Positions 9,368 through 18,900 of a stretch of DNA of 64,000 bases are shown piece by piece (the first letter of the stretch is position 1; every line of letters starts with the position of its first letter). Made by a program: the position numbers and the translations under genes. The notes below the pieces were generated by a model, which did no database searches, was not told the DNA's origin, and saw only the letters and a list, made by a program, of their open reading frames with translations. Origin of the DNA: Myxococcales bacterium (GTDB lineage: Bacteria > Myxococcota_A > UBA9042 > JABWCM01 > BTVJ01); the NCBI GenBank assembly GCA_045863395.1, contig BTVJ01000032.1, positions 1 through 64,000 of the forward strand, written 5' to 3'.

Positions 9368-9937
9368 TCAACCTCCGTGCCGTGCTCCCAGCGACGCGCG
9401 ATGCGTCAGCCGCTCCAGCTCCTCCCGCTCCACCACCTCGCCGACCCACGGGTCGTCGAGGTCCACGAGGCGCCCGAGGGTCGGCTCCCCGGCGCCAATG
9501 GGGGGCCACGGTGGGGGCGGGTGGCGCCAGCCCCGGGCCGTGCGCATGTGGGAGCGGTCGCTGACCAGGACGTCCCGGTAGGCGGCGGCTGCCACCAGCC
9601 GGAAGCGCGGCGCGAAGGCGCGGGGGAGCCAGCCCACGGGTCCGAAGGTGGCGTCCAGCCAGCGAGTCGCCTCCACCGGAGCGCCGAGGAGCGTGTCCAG
9701 GTCCCAGACCTCCCAAGGGCCGGCCACGCCGTCCCACCGATGGAACAGCACCACGTGGTAGTCCCAGAGCACCGGGTCGCCCAGCTCCAGGCTCGCCCGC
9801 TGGCGGAAGCAGGCCACGCCGCCGATGGCGTTGCTCAGGATGGCGACCACCCGCTCACCGTCGCCCACCCGCGGGTCCCCCGCCAGGTGCCAGATGTTCT
9901 CTTCGCAGTAGTAGGGGGTGTACTGCGGGGCGGGCAA
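9368..9937 (-). CDS. Protein N-terminal glutamine amidohydrolase (NTAQ1/WDYHV1 family)
   Basis: Family motifs appear in order: YYCEENIW (Cys), WDYHVV (His), WDLDT (Asp), SDRSHM, W..PPPPWPPI. 189 aa with TTG start, 5 bp after the upstream stop. Confidence 0.9.
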   Translation of the reverse strand: MPAPQYTPYYCEENIWHLAGDPRVGDGERVVAILSNAIGGVACFRQRASLELGDPVLWDYHVVLFHRWDGVAGPWEVWDLDTLLGAPVEATRWLDATFGPVGWLPRAFAPRFRLVAAAAYRDVLVSDRSHMRTARGWRHPPPPWPPIGAGEPTLGRLVDLDDPWVGEVVEREELERLTHRASLGARHGG

Positions 9938-9942
9938 GGGGG

Positions 9943-10929
9943 TCAGGCCCTCACCACCAGCGACTGGAGCGCACGGCGCGCAATGACGCGGACCATGGCC
10001 CGGCGCCAGGCGGGGTCACCACCAATGTTGGTCTGCGGGTGGCACTGGCGGTGGGCCCGGTCGGCGATCTCGTCGATGAGCGGTCCATCGAGAGGGCGCC
10101 CGAGCGCGAGGGCGTCGAGCCCCCCTACCCTCCGCGGCGCAGCGCCGAGGCCCGTGACCACCACCGAGAGCGCGGTGATGCCCCCGCCCGCATCGCGATC
10201 CACGGCAGCCGCCAGCGCCAGGAGCGGGAAGTCCACCGCCTTGCGCTCGCGGAGCTTGAGGAAGGCAGCGCGCGCCAGTGGCCCCGGCCGCGGCACCCGG
10301 ACCCGCACCAGCAGCTCGCCGGGGCGCCGCACCGTGTTGGCCGTGCCGTCGGCGACGAAGAACGCGCCCAGCGGCACCGTGCGCTGACCCTCGGCGGAGA
10401 CCAGATCCACCACCGCCCCGAGCGCCATGAGCACCGGCGCCGTGTCCGCGCTGTGGGCGGCGACGCAGCGGGTGCCGCCCGGGACCACGTGGCAGACCGT
10501 GCCGTCCTTCTTGAGGCAGAAGCCCAAGGCGCCGCGCCAGAACTGCGTCTGGTTGTAGTAGACGCAGCGGGTGTCGAGGCAGAGGTTGCCCCCAATCGTC
10601 GCCTGGTTGCGGATCATGGGGTGGGCGACCTGGGAGGCAGCCGCCGCCAGCGACGGGAGCAGCTCGCGCACGAAGGGCGACGCGGCGACGGCTGTCAGGG
10701 TCTCGCCGGCGCCGATCACCACCTCGTCCCCACCGTCGATGCCCCGCAGGTCCCCAACACCCCGCAGCGACACCAGGTGTCCCGGCGTGAACAGGCGGTG
10801 CTTCATGTTGGGCACTAGATCGGTGCCGCCCGCGATGGGCATGACGTCGCCGGCGTGCTCGGCGAGCAGCCCGATGGCCTCGTCCAGCGTCCGTGGGCGG
10901 TGGTAGCGGTAGGGGTGGAGCCTCAGCAT
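9943..10929 (-). CDS. hcrB: FAD-binding subunit with [4Fe-4S] insert, 4-hydroxybenzoyl-CoA reductase beta-like
   Basis: AGGTDL and IRNQATIGGN, plus the Cys insert CLDTRCVYYNQ..WR..FCLK..G..C..C. ATG 10929 overlaps the upstream gene end. Confidence 0.75.
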   Translation of the reverse strand: MLRLHPYRYHRPRTLDEAIGLLAEHAGDVMPIAGGTDLVPNMKHRLFTPGHLVSLRGVGDLRGIDGGDEVVIGAGETLTAVAASPFVRELLPSLAAAASQVAHPMIRNQATIGGNLCLDTRCVYYNQTQFWRGALGFCLKKDGTVCHVVPGGTRCVAAHSADTAPVLMALGAVVDLVSAEGQRTVPLGAFFVADGTANTVRRPGELLVRVRVPRPGPLARAAFLKLRERKAVDFPLLALAAAVDRDAGGGITALSVVVTGLGAAPRRVGGLDALALGRPLDGPLIDEIADRAHRQCHPQTNIGGDPAWRRAMVRVIARRALQSLVVRA

Positions 10930-13307
10930 GGACCCCCCTTCCACGGAGCGAGCCCTCTTGCCCGTCTCTCCTCCAGCGCCGCCCACACCGCCGCTGGCGT
11001 GAACGGGAGCCGGTCGAGGCGCACCCCCACCGCGTCGTAGATGGCGTTGGCGATGGCGGGGATCGCCGGGTGGAGCGGCCCCTCGCCGGCCTCCTTGGCG
11101 CCGTAGGGGCCTTCGGGATCCACCGACTCGACGATCAGGGAGTGGAGCTCGGGGGTGTCCAGCGAGGTGGGGATCCTGTAGTCGAGGAGCGAGGGCCCCA
11201 GGTGGAGGCCGTCGGCGCGAAAAGCGTGGCGCTCCATCAACGCCTCTCCGAACCCCATATACGCGGAGCCCTCCATCTGCCCCTCCACCAGCGTGGGGTT
11301 CAAGGCGCGACCGCAGTCGTGGGCGACCCAGATGGCCCCCACCTCCACCTGGCCCGTCTCCGCATCCACCACCACCTCCGCGACGTGCGCAGTGAACGAG
11401 TAGGCGGGCGACGCGCCGATGGTGGCGCCCCGGTAGGTGCCGTGGACGTCCTTGGGGGTGTTGTACGATCCCGTCGCCCCGAGCGCCCCCCACCGCGCCT
11501 CCGCCAGGTTGAAGGCCTCGGAGATCGCCATCCGGTGGGCCGTGTCGTGGGCCAGGAACGCGAGGCCCCCGGCAAGCAGCACGTCGCCAGGCTCGCACCC
11601 CCACGCAGGGGCCACTGCCTCCTGGACGAGCCTGCGGGCCTTGCGCGCCGCGTCGAGGCAGGCGTTTCCGGCCATGAAGGTGATGCGCGACGAGTAGGCA
11701 CCGAGATCCACCGGCGTGAGATCCGTGTCGGCGCTCACCACCCGCACGTACTCCATGGGCACACCAAGCTCCTCGGCCACCACCATGGCGAGGACCGTGT
11801 CCGAGCCCTGGCCGATCTCGGACGCCCCGCAGAGCACCGTCACGCGCCCCGAGCGGTCGAGCTGGAGCTGCACCGCCGACTGGGGCATGTCGTTCGGGTA
11901 GATGGGGTAGTTGGTGCCCGAGATGTAGCAGGAGCCCGCCACTCCGACTCCGCGCCCATGGGGGAGGCGCCTGTGTTTGTGCGAGAACTCGCTCGCCCGC
12001 TCCACCGCGTCCAGGCAGGCGACAAACCCGTTGGACGTCACCCGCAGCCCATTGATGGTGCGGGTGTGCTCCCCGAGGGCGTTCTGCCGGCGCAGCGCGA
12101 TGGGGTCCACGCCGAGAGTCTCAGCCAGCTTGTCGAGCTGCACCTCGACAGCGAAGCGGGGCTGCACCGACCCGTGGCCGCGCTTCGGGCCGCAGCAGGG
12201 CTTGTTGGTGTGCACCCGCGTCGAGTCGAAGCGGTAGGCGTCCATGGCGTAGGGCATGGCGGCGAGCTGCCCGGAGTAATAGGCGGTGACCAGGCCGAAG
12301 GACGTGTAGCCGCCCCCGTCGAGGATCGATCGGGCGTCGATGCCCAAGAGCCGCCCGTCGCGGGTCGCCGCCGTGCGGAAGCGCATGTGGGTGGGGTGGC
12401 GGCCGCGGTGGGAGTAGAACACCTCCTCGCGTGTATAGAGGATCTTCACGGGGCGCCCCGTCCGTCTGGACAGCAGCGCCACGCAGAACTCCAAATCGAA
12501 AGGCTCGGACTTGCCGCCGAAGGCGCCCCCCACAGCCGGCTGCACCACCCGCACGCAGGCGACGTCCAGATCGAGCACCCGCGCCAGCTCGCGGTGGAGG
12601 TAGTGGGGGACCTGGGTCGCGGACCACACGGTCAGGCGCCCCGACCCATCGAACAGGCCGATGGCGCAGTGGGGCTCGATGGCCGCGTGGGTGGTGCCCT
12701 CGAAGAAGTAGTCTCCCTCCACCACCACATCCGCAGCGGCGAAGGTTGCGTCCACCTCCCCGAAGGACAGGTGGACGTGCTTGCTCACGTTGCCGTTGGC
12801 GCCGGGCTTGGGGGGGGGATGAATCGGCTCGCTCGGGTCCGCCAGCGCCTCGTGGGGGTCCACCCTTGCGGGGAGCACCTCGTAGTCCACCACGATGAGA
12901 TCGAGGGCCGCCGTCGCCGTCTCCTCGTCGAGGGCGGCGACGGCGGCGACCGCGTCCCCGACATACCGGGCCTTGTCGAGGCACAGCGCGTGCTCGTCGC
13001 GGGTCCAGGGGATGATCCCGTAGGGGGTCGGCATGTCGCGGCCAGTGATGACCGCGCGGACACCTGGCAGCGCGAGCGCCGCACTTGAGTCGATGGACCG
13101 GATGCGCGCGTGGGCGTGGGGGCTCCGCAGGATCTTGCCGTGCAGCATCCCAGGGAGGACCATGTCATCTGTATAGACCGCTCGCCCCGTGCAGCGGTCG
13201 AGGGCGCCCACCTTCGGGACGCGGCGGCCCACCACCCCCGGAGCGGCCCCCTCGGAGACAGGCTCGGCGTCGCGGAGCTGGCGCTCCCGGAAGTCCTCCA
13301 GCTTCAT
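10923..13307 (-). CDS. hcrA: Molybdopterin-binding subunit, xanthine oxidase family (4-HBCR alpha-like)
   Basis: LRSPHAHA, GGAFGGK, RGRHP, KRGHG, EIGQG, GQMEG, YGAKEAGEG; ATGA overlap with the upstream 2Fe-2S gene. Confidence 0.75.
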   Translation of the reverse strand: MKLEDFRERQLRDAEPVSEGAAPGVVGRRVPKVGALDRCTGRAVYTDDMVLPGMLHGKILRSPHAHARIRSIDSSAALALPGVRAVITGRDMPTPYGIIPWTRDEHALCLDKARYVGDAVAAVAALDEETATAALDLIVVDYEVLPARVDPHEALADPSEPIHPPPKPGANGNVSKHVHLSFGEVDATFAAADVVVEGDYFFEGTTHAAIEPHCAIGLFDGSGRLTVWSATQVPHYLHRELARVLDLDVACVRVVQPAVGGAFGGKSEPFDLEFCVALLSRRTGRPVKILYTREEVFYSHRGRHPTHMRFRTAATRDGRLLGIDARSILDGGGYTSFGLVTAYYSGQLAAMPYAMDAYRFDSTRVHTNKPCCGPKRGHGSVQPRFAVEVQLDKLAETLGVDPIALRRQNALGEHTRTINGLRVTSNGFVACLDAVERASEFSHKHRRLPHGRGVGVAGSCYISGTNYPIYPNDMPQSAVQLQLDRSGRVTVLCGASEIGQGSDTVLAMVVAEELGVPMEYVRVVSADTDLTPVDLGAYSSRITFMAGNACLDAARKARRLVQEAVAPAWGCEPGDVLLAGGLAFLAHDTAHRMAISEAFNLAEARWGALGATGSYNTPKDVHGTYRGATIGASPAYSFTAHVAEVVVDAETGQVEVGAIWVAHDCGRALNPTLVEGQMEGSAYMGFGEALMERHAFRADGLHLGPSLLDYRIPTSLDTPELHSLIVESVDPEGPYGAKEAGEGPLHPAIPAIANAIYDAVGVRLDRLPFTPAAVWAALEERRARGLAPWKGGPC

Positions 13308-13795
13308 GGCGCGGGCTCCTCGCGGCGCTGGCAAAGGACGCCCGCTGCCTGCTCCACCGCCTCGATGATCTTCGTGTAGCCCGTACAGCGGCAGAGGTTG
13401 CCGGAGAGCGCCTCTCGGATCTCCGAGCGGGTGGGCGCCGCATTGGCGTCGAGGAGCGCACTTGCGCTCATCAGGATGCCGGACGTGCAGAAGCCGCACT
13501 GCGCGGCGCCCTTCTGCGCGAACGCCACCTGGAGCGGGTGGGGCCCATCCGCCGAGCCCAACCCCATCACGGTCGTGACGCTGCGCCCGTCCGCCTCCTG
13601 GGCGGGGAGGATGCACGAGAGCACCGGCACCCCGTCGAGCAGCACGGTGCACGCACCGCAGTCGCCCTTGTCGCATCCCTGCTTGGTGTCCGTGAGGCCG
13701 AGTGTGAGCCGCAGCGCCTCCAGCAGCGTGTAGTGGCTCGGGACACCCACCTCGCGAGTGTCTCCGTTGACCGTCAAGGTGAGCACTTCGAGCAT
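13304..13795 (-). CDS. hcrC: 2x[2Fe-2S] subunit (4-HBCR gamma/CoxS-like)
   Basis: TKQGCDKGDCGACTV, QCGFCTSG and NLCRCTGY; ATG 13795 follows GGAGG. Confidence 0.8.
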   Translation of the reverse strand: MLEVLTLTVNGDTREVGVPSHYTLLEALRLTLGLTDTKQGCDKGDCGACTVLLDGVPVLSCILPAQEADGRSVTTVMGLGSADGPHPLQVAFAQKGAAQCGFCTSGILMSASALLDANAAPTRSEIREALSGNLCRCTGYTKIIEAVEQAAGVLCQRREEPAP

Positions 13796-14119
13796 CGCGC
13801 CTCCGTGGTCCAGGCCCGTGGATGCTACCCGCCCCACGGAAGCCCCGTCAACGTGCCCGTCGCGCGGTGCCGTCGGGATCTGGACACCTCGACGCGGCCC
13901 GAGCACGGCGGCGCTCCCTGCACCGACTCCGAATCAGCCGTTGATCCATGCACTTCCACGAAGTGTGCAGAAAACTTGCGCGCCCGCGAAACCCGTCATA
14001 GCGTCGTCCCGGGCCCGTCTTCGAGCATTGCTGGCGCTCCGGCGACCGCCGCAGCGCAAAGCCTCCGGGCATGACGCCCGACGGCGCCCTCCCCAGCCCC
14101 GCCCCGGCAGGAGGTCCGC

Positions 14120-15118
14120 ATGAAGCCCAGAGTTCCGAAGGTGCAGCGCCCCGCGCCCCGCGTGTTCATCCTTCCCGGCGTCTTCCTGGTCGGGGTGATC
14201 ACTGGCGGCCTGCTGTTCGGCGGCTCGTCGGAGGCAGCGGCACCGGAGCCGGAGGAACCGCCGCCCCTCTCCATGACACGCCTGTGGAGCCAACGCGAGG
14301 CCGCGGCCCCTGCTGCGGCCCCACGGGCCCCGGCGCCCGCCGGAGTCAAGGTCGTGTCTGTCGCCATCGACGGCACCGTCCCCAAGAGCCTGGCCCCCCA
14401 CCTTGGGCCGCTGACCGACGCCCTGAGCGCCGAGGTCTCCCGCCTGCTCGTGTGGGACCTGGACATGCGCCGTGACCTGCGCGCGGGCGACCGCCTGGAC
14501 GTGGTCTACGAGGGAGACTCCGCCGAGACCATCGAGGTGCTGGCGCTGCGGCTCCGCTCGGGCAAGCTCGGGCGCGACCTCGAGGCCTACCACTTCAAAG
14601 CCAGTGGCGACGCGTACCCGAGCTGGTGGACCCCCGGCGGCACGGAGGTGCCGAAGCGGCTCGAGAACGGCCCCATCGAGGACTATGAGCAGATCACCAG
14701 CCTGCTGAAGGACCGCCCCAAGCACAAGGGCATGGACTTCAAGGCGCCGGTCGGGGCGGCGGTCACGACTCCACGGGACGGCGTGGTCACCCGCACCAAC
14801 TGGAAGCACACGGCAAACGGAAACTGCGTCGAGGTACGGCACACCGACGGCGTCATCGCCAAGTACCTGCACCTCTCCCGCACGGACGTCCAGCCCGGCC
14901 AGACCCTGACCGCGGGCACGGTGGTGGGGCTGTCTGGAAACACCGGCCGCTCCACGGGGCCCCACCTTCACTACCAGCTCGAGCGCGGCAAGAGCATCGT
15001 CGACCCGCTGGACTATCACGGGACGACCCGCCGCGAGCTGCCCGCCGCCGATCTCGCCGGCCTCAAGGCCGCCGTAGACCGCCTCCAGAAGCTCCTGCCC
15101 TCGGACCCGAGCTCCTGA
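14120..15118 (+). CDS. M23 family metallopeptidase (peptidoglycan hydrolase-like)
   Basis: N-terminal TM segment; HKGMDF, YLHLS, GNTGRSTGPHLHY. Confidence 0.9.
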   Translation: MKPRVPKVQRPAPRVFILPGVFLVGVITGGLLFGGSSEAAAPEPEEPPPLSMTRLWSQREAAAPAAAPRAPAPAGVKVVSVAIDGTVPKSLAPHLGPLTDALSAEVSRLLVWDLDMRRDLRAGDRLDVVYEGDSAETIEVLALRLRSGKLGRDLEAYHFKASGDAYPSWWTPGGTEVPKRLENGPIEDYEQITSLLKDRPKHKGMDFKAPVGAAVTTPRDGVVTRTNWKHTANGNCVEVRHTDGVIAKYLHLSRTDVQPGQTLTAGTVVGLSGNTGRSTGPHLHYQLERGKSIVDPLDYHGTTRRELPAADLAGLKAAVDRLQKLLPSDPSS

Positions 15119-15975
15119 ACCCCCGAATAGCCATCGCCACGAGCAATCCCCTGCCGGAGCCGGACCCGGACGAGGAGCTGCTCGTCTGTGCCCTGCGGGA
15201 GGCGGGGCTGTCTCCGCGGGTCCTGCCGTGGGACGCCGCCGGAGTCTCCTGGGGTGACTTCGCGCTGGTCGTGATTCGCTCCACCTGGGACTACCACCAC
15301 CGCGCGGACGACTTCGTGCGCTGGGCCGAGGCGGTCGGCGCCATGACGCGCCTGCACAATCCCGCCCCAGTGGTGCGGTGGAATGCGCACAAGCGATATC
15401 TCCTCGATCTCGAGGCCCGGGGAGTCTCCGTCGTGCCGTCCGCGCTCCTCTTGCGCGGTTGGAGCGGCTCCCTCGAAGCGGTGGTCGACTCCCGGGGCTG
15501 GCACGACATCGTCATCAAGCCCGCGGTCTCCGCCGGTTCGCACATGACGCTGCGCTCCCGCGGCGCTGGCGCGGAGGCCGAGGCCCACTTGAGGAGCGTG
15601 GTCGCAACGCGCGACGCCCTCGTGCAGCCCTATCTGCCCGAGGTCGAGGCGAGCGGCGAGCGCGCGGTGGTCTGCATTGGCGGCGCGGTGACCCACGCGG
15701 TGCGCAAGAGCCCACGGTTCCTACACGACGACGAGTCTGTCTCCGGCGCCTTGCAGGTGAGCCCGGCCGAGACCGCGCTGGCCCGTGCGGCCCTGGACGC
15801 GGCGGGCTTCGGCCCCCTCCTCTACGCCCGCGTGGACATGGTGCGCGACGGTGACTCGATGCGACTCATGGAGCTGGAGCTGATCGAGCCGTCTCTCTTC
15901 CTGCGCCAGCACCCGCCCGCGCTGGAGGCGCTGGTCACGGGGATCACAGGGGCGCTGGGGTCAGTGCCGAGCTGA
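15115..15975 (+). CDS. RimK/glutathione-synthetase-like ATP-grasp protein
   Basis: IRSTWDY, WNAHKRYL, VIKPAVSAGS, LVQPYL, YARVD, LMELELIEPSL. The conserved-looking N-terminus (RIAIAT..PEPDPDE..L..AL) lies upstream of the first canonical start (GTG 15271). CTG 15115, overlapping the M23 TGA, is the likely start. Confidence 0.8.
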   Translation: MNPRIAIATSNPLPEPDPDEELLVCALREAGLSPRVLPWDAAGVSWGDFALVVIRSTWDYHHRADDFVRWAEAVGAMTRLHNPAPVVRWNAHKRYLLDLEARGVSVVPSALLLRGWSGSLEAVVDSRGWHDIVIKPAVSAGSHMTLRSRGAGAEAEAHLRSVVATRDALVQPYLPEVEASGERAVVCIGGAVTHAVRKSPRFLHDDESVSGALQVSPAETALARAALDAAGFGPLLYARVDMVRDGDSMRLMELELIEPSLFLRQHPPALEALVTGITGALGSVPS

Positions 15976-18900
15976 AGACGGTCGGCGCGACCTCTTCCTC
16001 CTCGTCCACGTCGCCGGAGGATCCCGAGACCAGGAGCCGCATCATCTCGTCCAGGCTCAGGGAGGCTGCCGCCCCGGTGCCCTCCAGCACCGCGTCCACC
16101 AGCTCTCGCTTGTCGGCGTGGAGCGCGAGGATCCCCTCCTCCACGGTGCCGGTCGCCACCAGGCGAATCACCGTGACGGGGCGGTCCTGGCCGATGCGGT
16201 GGGCGCGATCCGTCGCCTGATCCTCGACGGCGGGATTCCACCAGGGATCGAGATGGATCACGTAGTCTGCGGCGGTCAGGTTGAGCCCCGTGCCGCCCGC
16301 CTTCAGCGAGAGCAGGAACACGTCCGCCTCGCCCCGCTGGAAGGCGTCCACCTCGGCGCGGCGCTGGAGGGCCGGCGTGGCACCGTCCAGGTACCGGAGC
16401 CGGGCCCCATCCTGCTCCAGGGCCTCCCGCACCAGCGCCAGGAGGCTCGTGAACTGGCTGAACACCAGCGCCTTGTGGCCCCCCTCCCGCAGCTCGGCGA
16501 CGGTCTCCCGCAGCACCTGGAGCTTGGACGACGTGGCGCGCGTGTTGGGGTCCACGAGGCGCGGGTGGCACGCGAGCTGGCGCAGGCGGGTCAACGCCGC
16601 CAGGATCTGGAACCGGCGCTTCTCCACCGGAGTGCCCGGGTCGTCCCCAGCCAGCGCGGCCAGCGCCGAGGCCCGCAGCGTGTCGTAGAGGCGCCGCTCC
16701 GCCGCGGACAGCTCCACGTCGACGCGGACGTCCGTGCGAGGCGGAAGCTCCGGCGCCACCTCCGCCTTCATGCGCCGCAGCACGAAGGGCCGCGCCAGGT
16801 GCGCCAGGGAGCGGCGAGCCCGCGCGCTCTTGTACCGCTCGATGGGCACGGCGAAGCGGCGCTGGAACGTCTCCTGCGAGCCGAGCAGGCCCGGGGCGAC
16901 CGCCCGGAACAGGCTCCACAGCTCGCCGGTGTGGTTCTCGAGCGGGGTGCCCGTCAGCGCCAGCACGAAGGCCGTGTCGAGGCCGTAGGCCGCGCGGGCG
17001 CGCTGCGTCGCCGGGTTCTTGATCGCCTGCGCCTCGTCCAGGACGACGGTCGCGAAGGGCAGCGCGTGCAGGATCTCGTCGTAGCGCGCCAGCAGGTCGT
17101 AGCTGGTCACGATGACGTCGCCGGCCTCCGCGTGCTCGATGACGTCAAGGCTGTCCCGCCCGCGAAACGCCGAGACCCGCAGCGTCGGCGCAAACGTCGC
17201 GGCCTCCCGCGCCCAGTTGAAGCCCACCGACGTCGGCGCGACGACGAGGGCGGGCCCCAGCGCTGCCCGGTCCAGCAGCACGGCCAGCGCCTGCACCGTC
17301 TTGCCGAGCCCCATGTCGTCGGCGAGGCATGCCCCCTTCGCCCAGCGGCTCAGGCGCAGGATCCACCGCACACCGGCCTCTTGATACGGGCGGAGCGTGG
17401 CGCGCAGGTCCGGCGAGATCGCGGGCTCCTCGGTCGACGCAGTGCGCATGGCCTCCACGAGGGCGAGCCACGACCCGTCGGCGTCCACCTGGGCTCCGTC
17501 CTCCCGCAGGGCGTCGACCAGCGGCGCCGCGAGGGTCGGGAGCCTCAGGTCGTCGGCCAGGGCCGCCGCCCCCTCGAGCTGCTGCCGGAGCGCGTCCCCG
17601 ATGCGCACCCACGCGCGGTCCCCGACACGCACGAACCGGTGCTCGTCGCGGACGGCGGCCAGCAGCTCCGAGAGCGGCACGACGCCCGCGGTGGTCTGGA
17701 GGGAGCCGCCCAGGGAGAACCACGTCGCCCCGCTGCCGACGGTCACCTTGAGCTGCGCCGCCGTCGCGTCGGCAACGACTGGGCGCCGCTCGTCGGCCCA
17801 CAGGACCTCGGTGTCCAGCTCCTGCGCCGCCGCCACCACCTCCAACGCCAGCTCCGACGGCGGCAGCGACCACGAGTGGGGCGCGACGGCTGCCTCCTCG
17901 GGGAGCTCGAGGCGGGCGGCCAGCGCGCGGGCGGCGGCGCCTTCGAGGGCCAGGTCCCGCACCCCGCAGACCGTGCCATCGTCCCGGTGGACGAAGACCT
18001 CTGGGTAGCCGATGCCCGGCATCACGGGCAGCGCGTCGGGCAGCGGGCGCACGCGCACCTGCACGTCGAGGCGGCCGTCCGCGGCCAGGGCGAGGCGCAC
18101 GTGGGGCGTGGTCGAGGCGGGCACCTCCCTCCCCCGCAGCGACGGGTCCACCTGCACCCCGACCCGCTCGGCGAGGCGCGGCAAGCGCTCGATGAGCGGC
18201 GCCGCGGCCTCGGGGGGCAGCTCGTGGGGTCGAGTCGCCAGCTCCCGGACCAACCGGACGAGCACGGGAGGCACGCGAAGCAGCACCACGCGGTCTCCCC
18301 CCTCGGGCAGCCACAGGGCCCGCCCGCTGTCCGCACGGGAGAGCGGCTCCCAGGCCTCCCGGGGAGTGACCACGGTGTCGCCCAGGCGCACCAGGATGCG
18401 GATGGCCTCCCCATCCCGCTCCGTGACAAGGGACGCGTCCTCGCGGACCAGGGGGACGGGCGCTTTCCCCTTGTGGCGGAAGATCATGGGATGGCCGACC
18501 AGCAGATCGACGGCGTGGAGCGTCGCCCCGAGTCCGCAGTCGAAGGGACCCGCGGCGCCGCGTGGCAGCACCAGGTCCAGCGCGTGGGCCTCGGCGGGGG
18601 TGAGCTCGACTCCGCCAAGCTCCGTGCGCCCCACCCGGGACACCTTGTAGCCCCCGCCCTTCTTCGCAGGACTTGCGAGGGCCGGTCGCACCCGCGGCTG
18701 GACGCCCGAGTCGTCGACGATGAAGGCCATACGCCCCTCGGCCACCGCAGGGGCCTTGGCGTCCAGGCAGCGGTCCAGCGCGGCCAGCGTCCGCTCCCAG
18801 ACGGGGGCCCCGACGGCTGCGAAGAACTTCACGGCGAGGTCCGGGTTGTCGGGGCCGCCCGCCAGGATCAGGGCAGACTCCACGGCGCCCAGCAGCACCT

